The translations under genes were made by a program, and so were the position numbers. A DNA stretch of 64,000 bases. Source: Aureliella sp. GTDB taxonomy: Bacteria > Planctomycetota > Planctomycetia > Pirellulales > Pirellulaceae. Numbering within the stretch: the first letter of the stretch is position 1; the number at the start of each line of letters is the position of its first letter. Where the stretch lies: the NCBI GenBank assembly GCA_963691875.1, contig OY829846.1, positions 3,072,001 through 3,136,000 on the forward strand, in the 5' to 3' direction. Under the pieces are notes generated by a model. The model was not told where the DNA came from. It made no database searches and saw only the letters and a list, made by a program, of their open reading frames with translations. Below, in pieces: positions 1 through 10,065 of the stretch.

Positions 1-704
1 CGCTCGACCGTTTGGCGATGCTGAACGAGGAACACGCCAAGGCACATCCCGAGCACACCGAGCTGCAAGCCCGCATGGAGAGTTACGAACTGGCCTTCAG
101 GATGCAAATGGAAGTTCCAGGCGTCCTCGATCTGTCGAGCGAGTCAGAGAGGACTCGCGAAGCTTATGGATTGGATCGTAAGGAGACGGCTCCATTTGGT
201 AAACAATGCTTGATGGCTCGTAAGCTAGTGGAGCAAGGAGTGCGATTCGTCCAGATCTTCTCCGGCGGCTGGGACAGCCACGACTACTTGGAGAAAGGCC
301 ATGCTTCGCGTATCAACAGCGTCGATCAGCCCATTGCAGCCTTGATCAAGGATCTCAAGGCGCGTGGAATGCTCGAAGATACGTTGGTGATGTGGACAGG
401 CGAGTTTGGTCGCACACCCGACAATAACTACCGCGGCGGCGTCACGGCTCTCGGGCGGGGGCACAACGTGGATGCGATGAATATGTGGTTTGCGGGAGGC
501 GGAGTTCGCCGTGGCTCAATCGTCGGCGGAACTGACGAAATTGGGGCAGAAGCCGTAGATGTGGTACATCCGATCCGCGACGTCCACGTCACCTTAATGC
601 ATCTGCTCGGCTTGGATGACAACAAGCTCACCTACTTTCATGGCGGCCGCTACAAGCAACTTTCTCAGTTCGGCGGTGAGCTAATTCCAGAAATCGTCGC
701 CTAG
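1..704 (+). CDS. DUF1501 family protein, 5' end outside the window
   Basis: YELAFRMQ, CLMARKLVEQGVRFVQ, GWDSH and LVMWTGEFGRTP motifs typical of DUF1501; frame is open from the window edge. Confidence 0.9.
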   Translation, partial: LDRLAMLNEEHAKAHPEHTELQARMESYELAFRMQMEVPGVLDLSSESERTREAYGLDRKETAPFGKQCLMARKLVEQGVRFVQIFSGGWDSHDYLEKGHASRINSVDQPIAALIKDLKARGMLEDTLVMWTGEFGRTPDNNYRGGVTALGRGHNVDAMNMWFAGGGVRRGSIVGGTDEIGAEAVDVVHPIRDVHVTLMHLLGLDDNKLTYFHGGRYKQLSQFGGELIPEIVA

Positions 705-710
705 TTCAAG

Positions 711-2332
711 CTACTGATCGCGTAGGAACTGTTGTAGATCACTTGGAAGTCGCTGTAAGACTCGGACCTTGTGGTCATTCGACAGCTTAGGGCCTGCTGT
801 CGAGCAGCCTTGTGCGACTTGATGCTCTAGCAGCTCAACCAGCTCGGCGACCTTATGTGGCATCTCGGTTGCTAAGTTGTGTTTCTCGGCAGGATCTGTA
901 CTCAGATCAAACAACTGCACAAAAGGAGCCTGAAAGAGACTGGCGTAGTCGAGTACTTTGCTTGTATTTCCAAGAGCTTTTTTCCAAGCTGTCGCTGCTC
1001 CAGGCTCGTTTCCGAATTTTCCGGTGGCTCCGCTGCCGGGGCATAGGCACAGCTTCCAATTGCCGCTGCGAACGACGAATGGACCAATCGACTGCATCAC
1101 TAGATTCTGCCGCACGCCGTCCGCGCTCGGATCAGTAAGCAAGGGAGCAAAACTAATTGAGTCTGGCCCTTGCTCTGGTGTCAACTGCTGGCCGGAGAGA
1201 TCTGCCAAAGTGGCCATGAGGTCGTTCAGTCCGACAAGACGATTGCATTGCCCGCCTTCCGCGATTGTGGCAGGCCAAGATGCAATCATCGGCACACGCA
1301 AACCACCTTCGTAGACGGAGAATTTGTAACCGCGATAGGGGCCAGAAGAAAAATGCCCTGCACGCTCCAGATCATGAATTTGCCCCGGAGTCGCTCTGAG
1401 GGTATTGCCCGCATAGGGTGCCGGACCGTGGTCTGACGTGAAGATGATTAACGTTTCATCTCGCAATCCGTTCTTTTCTAGTGCTTCTACGACTCTTTGG
1501 ACGCCATGATCGACCTCCATCACAAAATCGCCGTAAACTCCAAGCTTGCTTTTACCAAGGAATTCCTTACTGGGGCTGGTCGGGGTATGCGGAGCAGTTA
1601 ACGCCAGATAAAGAAAAAATGGCGTGGTGGAATCTTGTCGGTCAATAAAGTGCTCCGCTTGTCGGTAGAAGGATTCTAAAACTTGGTGGTCCTCGAAGTC
1701 ACGTTCTGCGTCACCTACTCGATTGAACGCACTCCAACCCTTCTTGGCATCCACGGTCCCTTGCCAAACACCATCCTTAGCAAAAGCATAAGGGTACATG
1801 TCGAGTGAGCCAGGGAGGACGAAGGTCGAGTGCCAGCCGTAGTCATTGGGTCCGGCAAGTAATGGTTGTGTGTAGTCGACGTTGTTTTCGTTCTGAATCT
1901 CGCCGTCACGCGTCGCCATCTTCGTGCCCAAGTGCCACTTGCCGACATAGCCAGTACGATAGCCCGCTTGCCCCATCAAGTCGGCAATCGTGAATGTCTC
2001 CGGAGAGAATCGCAAACCGATGAATCCCCACGGCCCTCCCGGCTGGGATCGTCCAAATCGCCATGGATAGCGTCCTGTCATGATAGCCAAGCGAGTTGGC
2101 CCGCAAACTGATGCGTTCACGTGAGCGTCGGTAAAACGAATGCCACTTCTTGCGAGCGCGTCGATATGAGGTGTCTCGATCTTGCAACGAATGCCCCCAA
2201 ACATCCCACATCGCCGTACCCCAGGTCATCGGCCAGGATGAAAACGACGTTTGGCGATTTCGCGAGCGCAATTGCGCTTGCAAAATAGAGCAAGGCGAAA
2301 ATCGAGAAGACAATGGCGAAAGACTTTCGCAT
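711..2332 (-). pseudogene. Arylsulfatase split by a -1 frameshift at ~2194-2201 (real lesion or sequencing error)
   Basis: Signal peptide and [18 protein letters not shown] lie in ORF 2117..2413 (ATG 2332); the protein continues as [14 protein letters not shown]...CGPTR (CxPxR) and GKWHLG in ORF 711..2204. Confidence 0.85.
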
Positions 2333-2387
2333 GCTTACAGCCCAAGAATCGAGGGACGCAAATTTCATGCAGCACCACGCGAATCGA

Positions 2388-3296
2388 CTATCGACCAAGC
2401 CAGCGACAGGCATTGGCCAAGATCTGGATCATCTCTTTTTGCTTGAATACCGGATACTGCTCGTGGCCTGGTCGGAAGTAGAAGACTTTGCCAGCGCCGA
2501 TATCCCAGACCATGCCACTTCGGAACCGTTCTCCTCGCTGCCATGTCTCTTCAAAGACAACTTCATCTGGCTCAGGTACATGGAACGGCTCGTTGTACAT
2601 CTCGGTCGCGGGAATCTCGATCTGAGCTGGCAGACCCTTCGTGATCGGATGATCGGGCGACTTCACGGTGAGTGTGCTGGGCGCTGCATCAGGGCGATAG
2701 TCGGGAAAACAACACCAAGGAAGATGCAAGATTCCCTGGTAGGCTTGCTGGTTCTTTTTGTAGCCAAAAATCGCTGGCGTCAGAGTGCTTCCATGCGTCG
2801 GAACAGTGCGTTCTCGAGGTGGTGGAACTATTTCGATTTCAAGTTGGCGATTCCCCGCGATCTTGCTGAAATGAGCTTTGGCATCTTCCATACTGCGCCA
2901 ATTCATAGCTTCGACAAATGGACGTGCCCAATGAGCCGAGTGGAGAGCGATGAGATCTAATTTACCTCGCCGGACGTAGCGCAAAACCTGTTTGGCTTTG
3001 TTGGCATCAAGATCACTATGCCGAACGTGCCCCCACCAGATGATAACGTCTGCCCATTCCAGGTTGCCTGCAGTAAGTCCCTGTTCGGTATCGTCCAAGG
3101 ACGCCGAACGGATTTCAAAATCCGGCGATGCTAAGCGTTTCGCAAGTTCGTTGCCCAAGAAATCCGAATATGCCTCAGACTGCCGCGGCTGCTGCTCATC
3201 CCAGACAAGCACATGAATCGGTTCCTGGGCAGTGCCGCTGGCTGCTATCAAGAGCAGCAAAAGAAATGCTGGAAATAAGCGGCACAGAATCATCAT
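2388..3296 (-). CDS. ThuA-like (trehalose utilisation, class I GATase-like) secreted protein
   Basis: [51 protein letters not shown]. Confidence 0.85.
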   Translation of the reverse strand: MMILCRLFPAFLLLLLIAASGTAQEPIHVLVWDEQQPRQSEAYSDFLGNELAKRLASPDFEIRSASLDDTEQGLTAGNLEWADVIIWWGHVRHSDLDANKAKQVLRYVRRGKLDLIALHSAHWARPFVEAMNWRSMEDAKAHFSKIAGNRQLEIEIVPPPRERTVPTHGSTLTPAIFGYKKNQQAYQGILHLPWCCFPDYRPDAAPSTLTVKSPDHPITKGLPAQIEIPATEMYNEPFHVPEPDEVVFEETWQRGERFRSGMVWDIGAGKVFYFRPGHEQYPVFKQKEMIQILANACRWLGR

Positions 3297-3340
3297 CCCG
3301 CCTTGTGGTGAATGAGTTCGAGTTGGTCCTAGGGCAAAGC

Positions 3341-5017
3341 TTACTTATTGCGCTCCGCCAGCATTTTCTCACGACGCTTCTTGAAGTCGTGGGAGATTTG
3401 AATCGCTTGCTTGCGATCCGCCTCGTCATAATCCCAAAACTGCTGAACGACCGTTTCGCATTTTGGATAATGCGAGCCATCGTCTCCGATGTCTTTTCGA
3501 AGCTGTGCGAATCGCTTCTTCAAGCTGTCTCTGACTCGGCGATACTCCGGATCGTCATAAACATTGACTAGCTCCTCAGGATCTTTCTTGAGATCGTAGA
3601 GTTCCCAGCCGGGTGGCGTGAGGTTTTCTGCCTGATAATTCGCCCCGTAGAAGTAGATCAACTTGTAGTTGTTCGTGCGAATCGCCATCTCGCCAGGATT
3701 ATCGTGATGAGCCATATGCATCCAGTAGCGATAGTAGGCGGCGTTCTTCCAATCAGCAGGTATTTTGCCTGTTTCGCAAATCCCCTTGAAGGAACGCCCC
3801 TGGACTGATTTAGGAATCTCGGCACCAGCAAAATCAAGCAACATCGCGGGATAGTCGACATTTTCTACGATTGCGTCCGTTCGCGTTCCAGCGGGAACTG
3901 CCTTCGGGTAATGAACAATAAAGGGCATCCGTTGCGACTGATCGTAGCCCCAGCGTTTGTCTTGGAAGTCTTTTTCGCCGAGCCAGAACCCCTGGTCGCC
4001 GGTGTAAACGATGACGGTGTTTTCCCACAATCCCTCTGCCTTGAGATAATCGAATACGCGTTCCAAATTATCATCCACGCCTTTCACGCAGCGTAGATAC
4101 TTTTTCAAGTAAGCCTGGTATGCGAGCTTTGTTGTTTCCTTCTCTGACATTTTCTTGGCGTCGTAACCGGCCGGAAACTCTTCAGGAAACAATCGGTAGA
4201 GATCAACCGAGTAGGAACGTCGCGGATTGCGTGAGCCAATGGAAGTGCCGATATGCATCATTAATTCATCGTCATGACCGCGCGTTGCCAGCGACCCCCA
4301 GCTATCAGGGACGTCATAAAGTGTCGCCGGCTCGGGGATGTCGACATCTGCCAAATAGGACTGATAGCGATTGGCGTTCACGAAGAAATCATGAGGCGCC
4401 TTGTAGTGGTGCGAAATGAAGAATGGCTTGTCGGGATCACGCTTGCTTTTGAACCAATCGAGCAGTGAATCAGTGATTGCGTCGGAGGAATGCTCACCTT
4501 TATGAACGACGGTATTCTTCGGCCAAGGCTTGTCACCTTGAACACGGAACTCTGTGTCGTAGTATTTTCCTTGCCCAGGTAGCACTTTGTAGTAATCGTA
4601 ATTTGGCTCTTCCTTCAAATGCCACTTGCCGATCATCGCCGTTTGGTAGCCCGCCTTGCGCATTTGAATTGGCAGCATCTGATCTTGGGGCTTGATGCGA
4701 CCGCCAAGATCGAACACACCGTTGTTGTGATTGTATTGCCCGGTGATGATGCAAGCTCGCGAAGGAGTGCAGATGCCGTTAGTACAGAATGCGTTCTCGA
4801 ACACCATACCCCCCCGAGCCAGCTCATCAATGTTCGGAGTCGGGTTCAAGTCTTTAAGCACCGTTGCGTAAGCTCCAACTGCCTGCGCCGTGTGATCGTC
4901 CGACATGATGAACAAGATGTTAGGCTTCTCTTGACCGAAGCTGAACACCGGCTGCAAACCAGCCAACAATAGGACAAGCATTAGAAAGACGGTGCGAACT
5001 CGTGAGTAGGATGGCAT
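3341..5017 (-). CDS. Sulfatase (formylglycine-dependent, N-acetylglucosamine-6-sulfatase-like)
   Basis: PNILFIMSDDH, CTPSR, GKWHL, YTGDQG, WELYDLKKDPEELVN; signal peptide. Confidence 0.92.
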   Translation of the reverse strand: MPSYSRVRTVFLMLVLLLAGLQPVFSFGQEKPNILFIMSDDHTAQAVGAYATVLKDLNPTPNIDELARGGMVFENAFCTNGICTPSRACIITGQYNHNNGVFDLGGRIKPQDQMLPIQMRKAGYQTAMIGKWHLKEEPNYDYYKVLPGQGKYYDTEFRVQGDKPWPKNTVVHKGEHSSDAITDSLLDWFKSKRDPDKPFFISHHYKAPHDFFVNANRYQSYLADVDIPEPATLYDVPDSWGSLATRGHDDELMMHIGTSIGSRNPRRSYSVDLYRLFPEEFPAGYDAKKMSEKETTKLAYQAYLKKYLRCVKGVDDNLERVFDYLKAEGLWENTVIVYTGDQGFWLGEKDFQDKRWGYDQSQRMPFIVHYPKAVPAGTRTDAIVENVDYPAMLLDFAGAEIPKSVQGRSFKGICETGKIPADWKNAAYYRYWMHMAHHDNPGEMAIRTNNYKLIYFYGANYQAENLTPPGWELYDLKKDPEELVNVYDDPEYRRVRDSLKKRFAQLRKDIGDDGSHYPKCETVVQQFWDYDEADRKQAIQISHDFKKRREKMLAERNK

Positions 5018-5110
5018 AGCGCTAGCTTGTGAGGGAAGGTCTTATGGGGGGATTCCTGGTCGCTTTCGCGAGCGGCCATTTTAGCACGCAGCGAGCCCAC
5101 GGGGAGCGAA

Positions 5111-5132
5111 GAATTCTGGCGAACCCCACTAC
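5111..5132 (-). repeat. GTAG-type REP-like repeat copy (GTAGTGGGGTTCGCCAGAATTC)
   Basis: Near-identical to copies at 5578-5600 and 24009-24031. Confidence 0.6.
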
Positions 5133-5563
5133 GAAGAGTCAGTTTGGGAGCGGAAGGCGTCTTGGATCTCGGGTGGTATCCTGGCAAGTCGCATGGTGCT
5201 GCGATCGATGAAGGCCCAATTGGTTTCCGCTCTCGCAAGCAGTTGCCGATCAGCGACGCGCAAAATGCGATATTTCCGGATTGAGGACACTTTCTCCATT
5301 GTGGCTATCCAAGTCTCGACAAGGATCTCGTCTCCGAGCATCGCGGGCTGGCGATATTGGATCTGGTGAGAGCGAACGACGAAACCTTGCCCCCGTTCTT
5401 TCAGCCGCTCCGATGGCCAGCCGACGTATCGGCAGTGTCGACCAGCCGCTTTGTTAGTCCAGTCAAGATAGTGCAAGTTATTGACATGATTCATTTGGTC
5501 AATCATGTTCTTATCGACTGAAAACTGAGTTTCGAAGACGTCTGAGAAAAAAGTTGTATCCAT
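5129..5563 (-). CDS. Acyl-CoA thioesterase (4HBT/hotdog fold)
   Basis: IDQMNHVNNLHYLDW, VVRSHQIQYRQPAMLGD. Confidence 0.9.
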   Translation of the reverse strand: MDTTFFSDVFETQFSVDKNMIDQMNHVNNLHYLDWTNKAAGRHCRYVGWPSERLKERGQGFVVRSHQIQYRQPAMLGDEILVETWIATMEKVSSIRKYRILRVADRQLLARAETNWAFIDRSTMRLARIPPEIQDAFRSQTDSS

Positions 5564-5577
5564 ACTGCTATTGTCTC

Positions 5578-5627
5578 TTAGTGGGATTTGCCAGAACTCC
5601 TCTTCCCGAATTCTCCCTCTGCACTAC
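5578..5627. repeat. REP-like copy (TTAGTGGGATTTGCCAGAACTCC) plus a degenerate inverted partner
   Basis: 5578-5600 matches the repeat; 5608-5627 is a decayed reverse copy ending CACTAC. Confidence 0.5.
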
Positions 5628-7492
5628 GGGGCGAAGCGTGGGTTGGCTTGAACGAACTCTAGCCATTGCTCGTTGCTGATTGCCGAGCCGGAAACGTCCA
5701 CCGTGGCGAGATTGGGCATGCTCTTTAGCAAAGCCAAAGTAGCTGGAGTGACTCGAGTTTGTGTCAGCCAAAGTGTCTGCAAAGATCGATTACCCCTCAG
5801 TGGCTGCAAATCGTCATCGCCAATTGCACAGCCACTTAGGTCAAGCTCTTCGAGTGCTGGGACTTTACTGGCGAACTCTACGACTTCTCCTAAAACCGCG
5901 GTTCCTTCGACACTCAATCGTTTTAACGATTTCGCGTCTGCGACCCACTTCAGGTCGCTAGTTTGAACATTCGAAAAAGAAACATCCAGCCACTCCAAGT
6001 TGGTGAAGCGGTTAAGAGCCTTCCACTGCTCTGTCGTAAGCTGACTAGCAGTCAGAACTAAATCCTGCGTTTGAGTAGCTTCCGCAGTCGGGTAAACGTC
6101 CATTTGCCCGTGTGTCAATACTTGCAGGTTTTGATACTGCTTCTTGGCCGCTTGATGATCTTTGCCTAAGTGCGAGAGTAAGGCATCCGAATCATTCTGA
6201 CCCTGGTAGATTCCGACCATCTGCTTGAGATAATCTTGCTTCGCATCTTCGCCTAGGTGATGCATAAAGGCTGCGGTGACCCCGGCGGCATGAGTGTAGA
6301 GACGCGTGATGTCAGGATCAGTCTTCCAAGTCGCAAGTCCTGCCGAAGTAAACTCGTCCCACTCTGGCCAATAACCGTCGCGTACAGCCCGGTAGCGAGC
6401 CGTTTGCCCGCGGGCGGCGTCCCATCCGCCCAAAGTCCAATAATGATGACGCTCACGCAAAGATTCCATGTAAAGTGCGATACCTTCGAGCATCCAGATG
6501 CCGCCTGATTTCCCAGGCAGCTCGGTAGGTCGAATCGAGCTGGCTTCCATTAGTAGCTGGTGCGTAAGCTCGTGGAACAAGGTTGCTTCGAGGTTTTCGG
6601 CCGGATAGAAGAAGCTCGTTTTTGCATCCGGGGCGTAGTAGCCAACTGAGACTCCAATGTTGTCTTCTGCAACCCCAAGAATCCTCAAATACTCGCTCCG
6701 GTCCTTCAGCAACACAACTCGCAAGCGTTCGTGCCGAGGCCACGGAGTTCCTTTTCCTTCCAAACGTGATTGCAGTATCCCCGGTGCGGCCCACAACGGG
6801 TAAAAGACTTGAGACCAGAGTACGTAAAACTGCTCAAGCTGCTGGGCAATCCGGCGGCTCGATTTCGCATCGGCTCGGGTTAGCAGTGTGAAGTGTGGAG
6901 AATCGACGCGTGAATAAGTCCGAGCTTTCCAACCAAAGTCTTGAACTGGCACGCGGCCCTGCGTCAAACGCGGTCTGACAATTGGTCCCTTTGCCATCGT
7001 TCCTGCCGCTCGCAATGCAATTTCGTGCTCCGGATCATTCCGAAGCACTCGCCAGAGCAATCGATAGGCGGCTTGTTCATCTTGCTTGGCGATTTCGGGA
7101 AGCTGCTCCGCCAGTTTTACTGCGTAGGCTCTTTTGGCACTGGAGAAATGGCGTCCCCAACTCTTGGTGGCCGACGTTGGCCCAGGCTGAATCCAGAGCC
7201 CACCAGGCTCGGGCAAATAAAGGATTTCCCGATCATCGGCTGTAGGCACTAGCCAATTCTCGCAAATAATTTTGCGCTCGCTAAGTCCTAGCCTTTCGCA
7301 GATCTCAGCAAGCCTTGAGAGCTCAGCAGCAAACTGTTCGCGGGAAAACTTCGGCTCTTGCCCGACGCTCGATTGGACATAGGCCATCGCAATAAGAGCG
7401 AACCATACTGCACTCGCAAACAGAGAGCGAAGACATAGCAGCGGAAGTCGGGTGAGGCTCGGAAGAGTGGACATTACGCTATTTTGGCTCAC
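5624..7492 (-). CDS. Secreted DUF1570/gluzincin-like metallopeptidase domain with C-terminal leucine-rich repeats
   Basis: HELTH plus WMLEGIALY; C-terminal LEWLDVSFSNV, LKRLSVEGTAV, LEELDLSGCAI, LQTLWLTQTRV. Confidence 0.7.
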   Translation of the reverse strand: MSQNSVMSTLPSLTRLPLLCLRSLFASAVWFALIAMAYVQSSVGQEPKFSREQFAAELSRLAEICERLGLSERKIICENWLVPTADDREILYLPEPGGLWIQPGPTSATKSWGRHFSSAKRAYAVKLAEQLPEIAKQDEQAAYRLLWRVLRNDPEHEIALRAAGTMAKGPIVRPRLTQGRVPVQDFGWKARTYSRVDSPHFTLLTRADAKSSRRIAQQLEQFYVLWSQVFYPLWAAPGILQSRLEGKGTPWPRHERLRVVLLKDRSEYLRILGVAEDNIGVSVGYYAPDAKTSFFYPAENLEATLFHELTHQLLMEASSIRPTELPGKSGGIWMLEGIALYMESLRERHHYWTLGGWDAARGQTARYRAVRDGYWPEWDEFTSAGLATWKTDPDITRLYTHAAGVTAAFMHHLGEDAKQDYLKQMVGIYQGQNDSDALLSHLGKDHQAAKKQYQNLQVLTHGQMDVYPTAEATQTQDLVLTASQLTTEQWKALNRFTNLEWLDVSFSNVQTSDLKWVADAKSLKRLSVEGTAVLGEVVEFASKVPALEELDLSGCAIGDDDLQPLRGNRSLQTLWLTQTRVTPATLALLKSMPNLATVDVSGSAISNEQWLEFVQANPRFAP

Positions 7493-7686
7493 GTTAAGCC
7501 TTCCGGCCAGCTACCAAGTGGATTGGAGTTCCAATCTTGGGCGAATTTTGCTCCGCAAATGCACCGCCCTGAACTTGTCCCATAAGCGGACAAGTGGATA
7601 TGACATCGAGCAACTTGGTCGTGAGAGATTTACCCACGATGCCTATAGGGGCATCCAGACTTCGAATGAAACAGGCGAACGAGCGC

Positions 7687-8958
7687 TTATTCTGACTTCT
7701 CAGCCTCTGGTGAAGCCGAATCAGGCTCGTTCGTCTCATCTTCAGAAGCTTTGGTCGCTTCCGATTCGACTGACGTGGATTCTGGCGGAGTGCGAGGGAT
7801 CTCGGGCAAGGTGGTTTCGACCGGGTCTTCGATGGAATCGATTTCGTGCAACTCTGTGCTGTCGACGCTACGACGAAGAATCAGATAAACCGCAGCGCTC
7901 GCAGACCAGAAGAAGCTGAACCAATAGGCACTAAGTAATTGTCCGATGAACAGGCTACCAGTTTCTACATAGGCAACTGCTGTTTGTCGCTCATTCCCCG
8001 CAACATACAAGAACAATCCACTGATCAGCGCCCAACCGAAGCTGAGCGTCCAGAGCACCAGTTGCTCACCGACCAAGCCAACTAGCATGAGCACCAACAC
8101 GCAAAGTACCGCGACCACAGGTCGTTGGAACAGATAGGCATTGGAGCGAGAAAAGCCTTCAAAGGCATCGGCCTTCTTTTCTGCAGAAATAGCGCAGACG
8201 CTTAGTGGATAGCAGAAGACCATACTCATCATCAAGCGCCCCACCGCGAAAACTAGAGGGAAAGCAATAAGCAAGCAGATCCCGGCAATGGTGGCTCCCA
8301 TGCTACCGGCTCGAGCTAGCAATCCCAGAAGTGCAAAGGGCAGGAGCAAGCCCGCCAAGCCCACCAAGTGCATGCCTGTTGCCCAAAGAAAACTGAGCCA
8401 GCGGCTAAAGACGATTGAGAAGGATTCCCCCCAGGGAGCAATGGATTGTTGCCCCAGTTCCACCATGGCACGGCGAGCCAAGACACCGCCCAACAAGGAA
8501 AACGATAAAGTCAACCAGAGTGCTACGAAGGACAGGAATGCTAGTGACTTCGGTCCCGGCTCCAAGCTAGCCACACTCGTATAGCCATTCGAAAGCCAAG
8601 CAAGAATCGGCGAAGAGGTCGCTAGGAAGTTGGGCCAGACAACATTTCCAGATTGCTCTGCGAACTCAGTTGGCGCAACAATTTCAGGTTGCTCTGCAGC
8701 GAAGGCGGATTGTTCGCTAGAGAAACTGTTCCAGCCAAAGGACCACTTTTGGCCATCACTATCTGCCGGGCTGAATAGCATGACACCCAGCCAGATTCCC
8801 ACTTGGGCGACCCACATCGCTAGCAAGCTAAGGACGAGAGTCGTCATTTTGATCGATGGCTGCGGAGACCGTGATAGAGGAATCCACCACCAAGCTGAAC
8901 GTGCCCAGTGAATCTCAGACTGGGGTACGTGACGGTCTTCGAAAGGGACTTCTTCCAT
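7687..8958 (-). CDS. Hypothetical multi-pass membrane protein with acidic C-terminal tail
   Basis: 423-aa ORF with several hydrophobic segments. Confidence 0.75.
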   Translation of the reverse strand: MEEVPFEDRHVPQSEIHWARSAWWWIPLSRSPQPSIKMTTLVLSLLAMWVAQVGIWLGVMLFSPADSDGQKWSFGWNSFSSEQSAFAAEQPEIVAPTEFAEQSGNVVWPNFLATSSPILAWLSNGYTSVASLEPGPKSLAFLSFVALWLTLSFSLLGGVLARRAMVELGQQSIAPWGESFSIVFSRWLSFLWATGMHLVGLAGLLLPFALLGLLARAGSMGATIAGICLLIAFPLVFAVGRLMMSMVFCYPLSVCAISAEKKADAFEGFSRSNAYLFQRPVVAVLCVLVLMLVGLVGEQLVLWTLSFGWALISGLFLYVAGNERQTAVAYVETGSLFIGQLLSAYWFSFFWSASAAVYLILRRSVDSTELHEIDSIEDPVETTLPEIPRTPPESTSVESEATKASEDETNEPDSASPEAEKSE

Positions 8959-9443
8959 GTGTCTTCACGGCAGCCGGCTCATTCCGGCGTCCTTGGGATC
9001 TTGTGTGTGGCGCGTTCAAAGGCTGTTGCATCAAGTTGCTTTGCCAAGACCAAGAAATACTTGGTATCTCGGCCCTGGTTATAGCAGGATTGCCCCATTC
9101 CGCCCACGTCTGTCCGTTCTAGATCGTGGCGTGATTTCGTAGCGGCTTGTCGATCTATTCAGGCTCTCTATGTGGGAAAAGCTTCTAGCTTGTCAGCTCT
9201 ACCCAAGATCTATCAAGCGGATGTCCCAGGTTGCAAGTACGGCAGGCTGGATGCTCATCCCACACTTAAACCTACAAATGCCATGACATTGGGCCTTGGT
9301 CGCCAACAGCCCAAGCCCCCAAAGCTAGCAATTCGCGAGGTCGAGGATGTGGCATGATGGCTACGCGATACCGGATTTTCGCGTTGCTATGCTGGGACTG
9401 TGAATTTTTCCTCGCCCAACTGAAAGAATCGCGGATCGCGAAG

Positions 9444-9910
9444 GTGACTCCATTGCCCCGACAGATTGACGTCGAAACTCCTCCAAGTCTGCTCCTTTGG
9501 TTGCGTGACCACTAAGACGCCGGAGCGTGGACAACCTTTAGCGAGGTCTACAGCCCCTCGGTATATAAATTTTGTCGCCTACGCGCTCCAGCCAAGTGAT
9601 GCAGCTGACGTGACGCAGGAAGTCTTACTGCGTTTCTTCACGGCATCCAGTCATTAGAAATTGGCCGACGCCAAGGGCTCTTTCGCGATTGAGTTGCCAG
9701 GATTGTGCCCAACGAAGTGCTGCGACATTTCTCAAAGGGCAAAGGCGTCCTTAAGCATACTTTGCCGATGATCTGCCTGCCGCGAAAGAACATCTCGAAT
9801 CAGCCTCCAGCCGACTGAAGGAGCACTTCGCATGCAGCACCGATGCGAGTCCCAGCAAAGCTTGGAAGGCGGGCTACGTCATGCAGGCTAAAGTGCTAGC
9901 TACTGAATTG
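9444..9910 (+). pseudogene. Degraded ECF sigma-70 factor
   Basis: ETPPSLLLWLRDH*DAGAWTTFSEVY (TAA 9513), frameshift, LQPSDAADVTQEVLL, then GLFRD*VARI (TGA 9690 in place of the conserved Trp); 3' end approximate. Confidence 0.75.
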
Positions 9911-10065
9911 GCTGACGCGGTGGAGAGCCATCGTGCAATGCTCGAAGCCGATCTGCAGGCAGCTCTCGCGTCCGCAATAGCATAAAGGGCGAGCGAAGAA
10001 GAGCTAGACGCGTTTCCAACGGCAGCAAAATAAATAACGCATCGCGAACCACACGAGCGTGTCCC

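Noticed and set aside
2313..2960. 215-aa + strand ORF
   Set aside because: Almost entirely antisense to the ThuA-like gene
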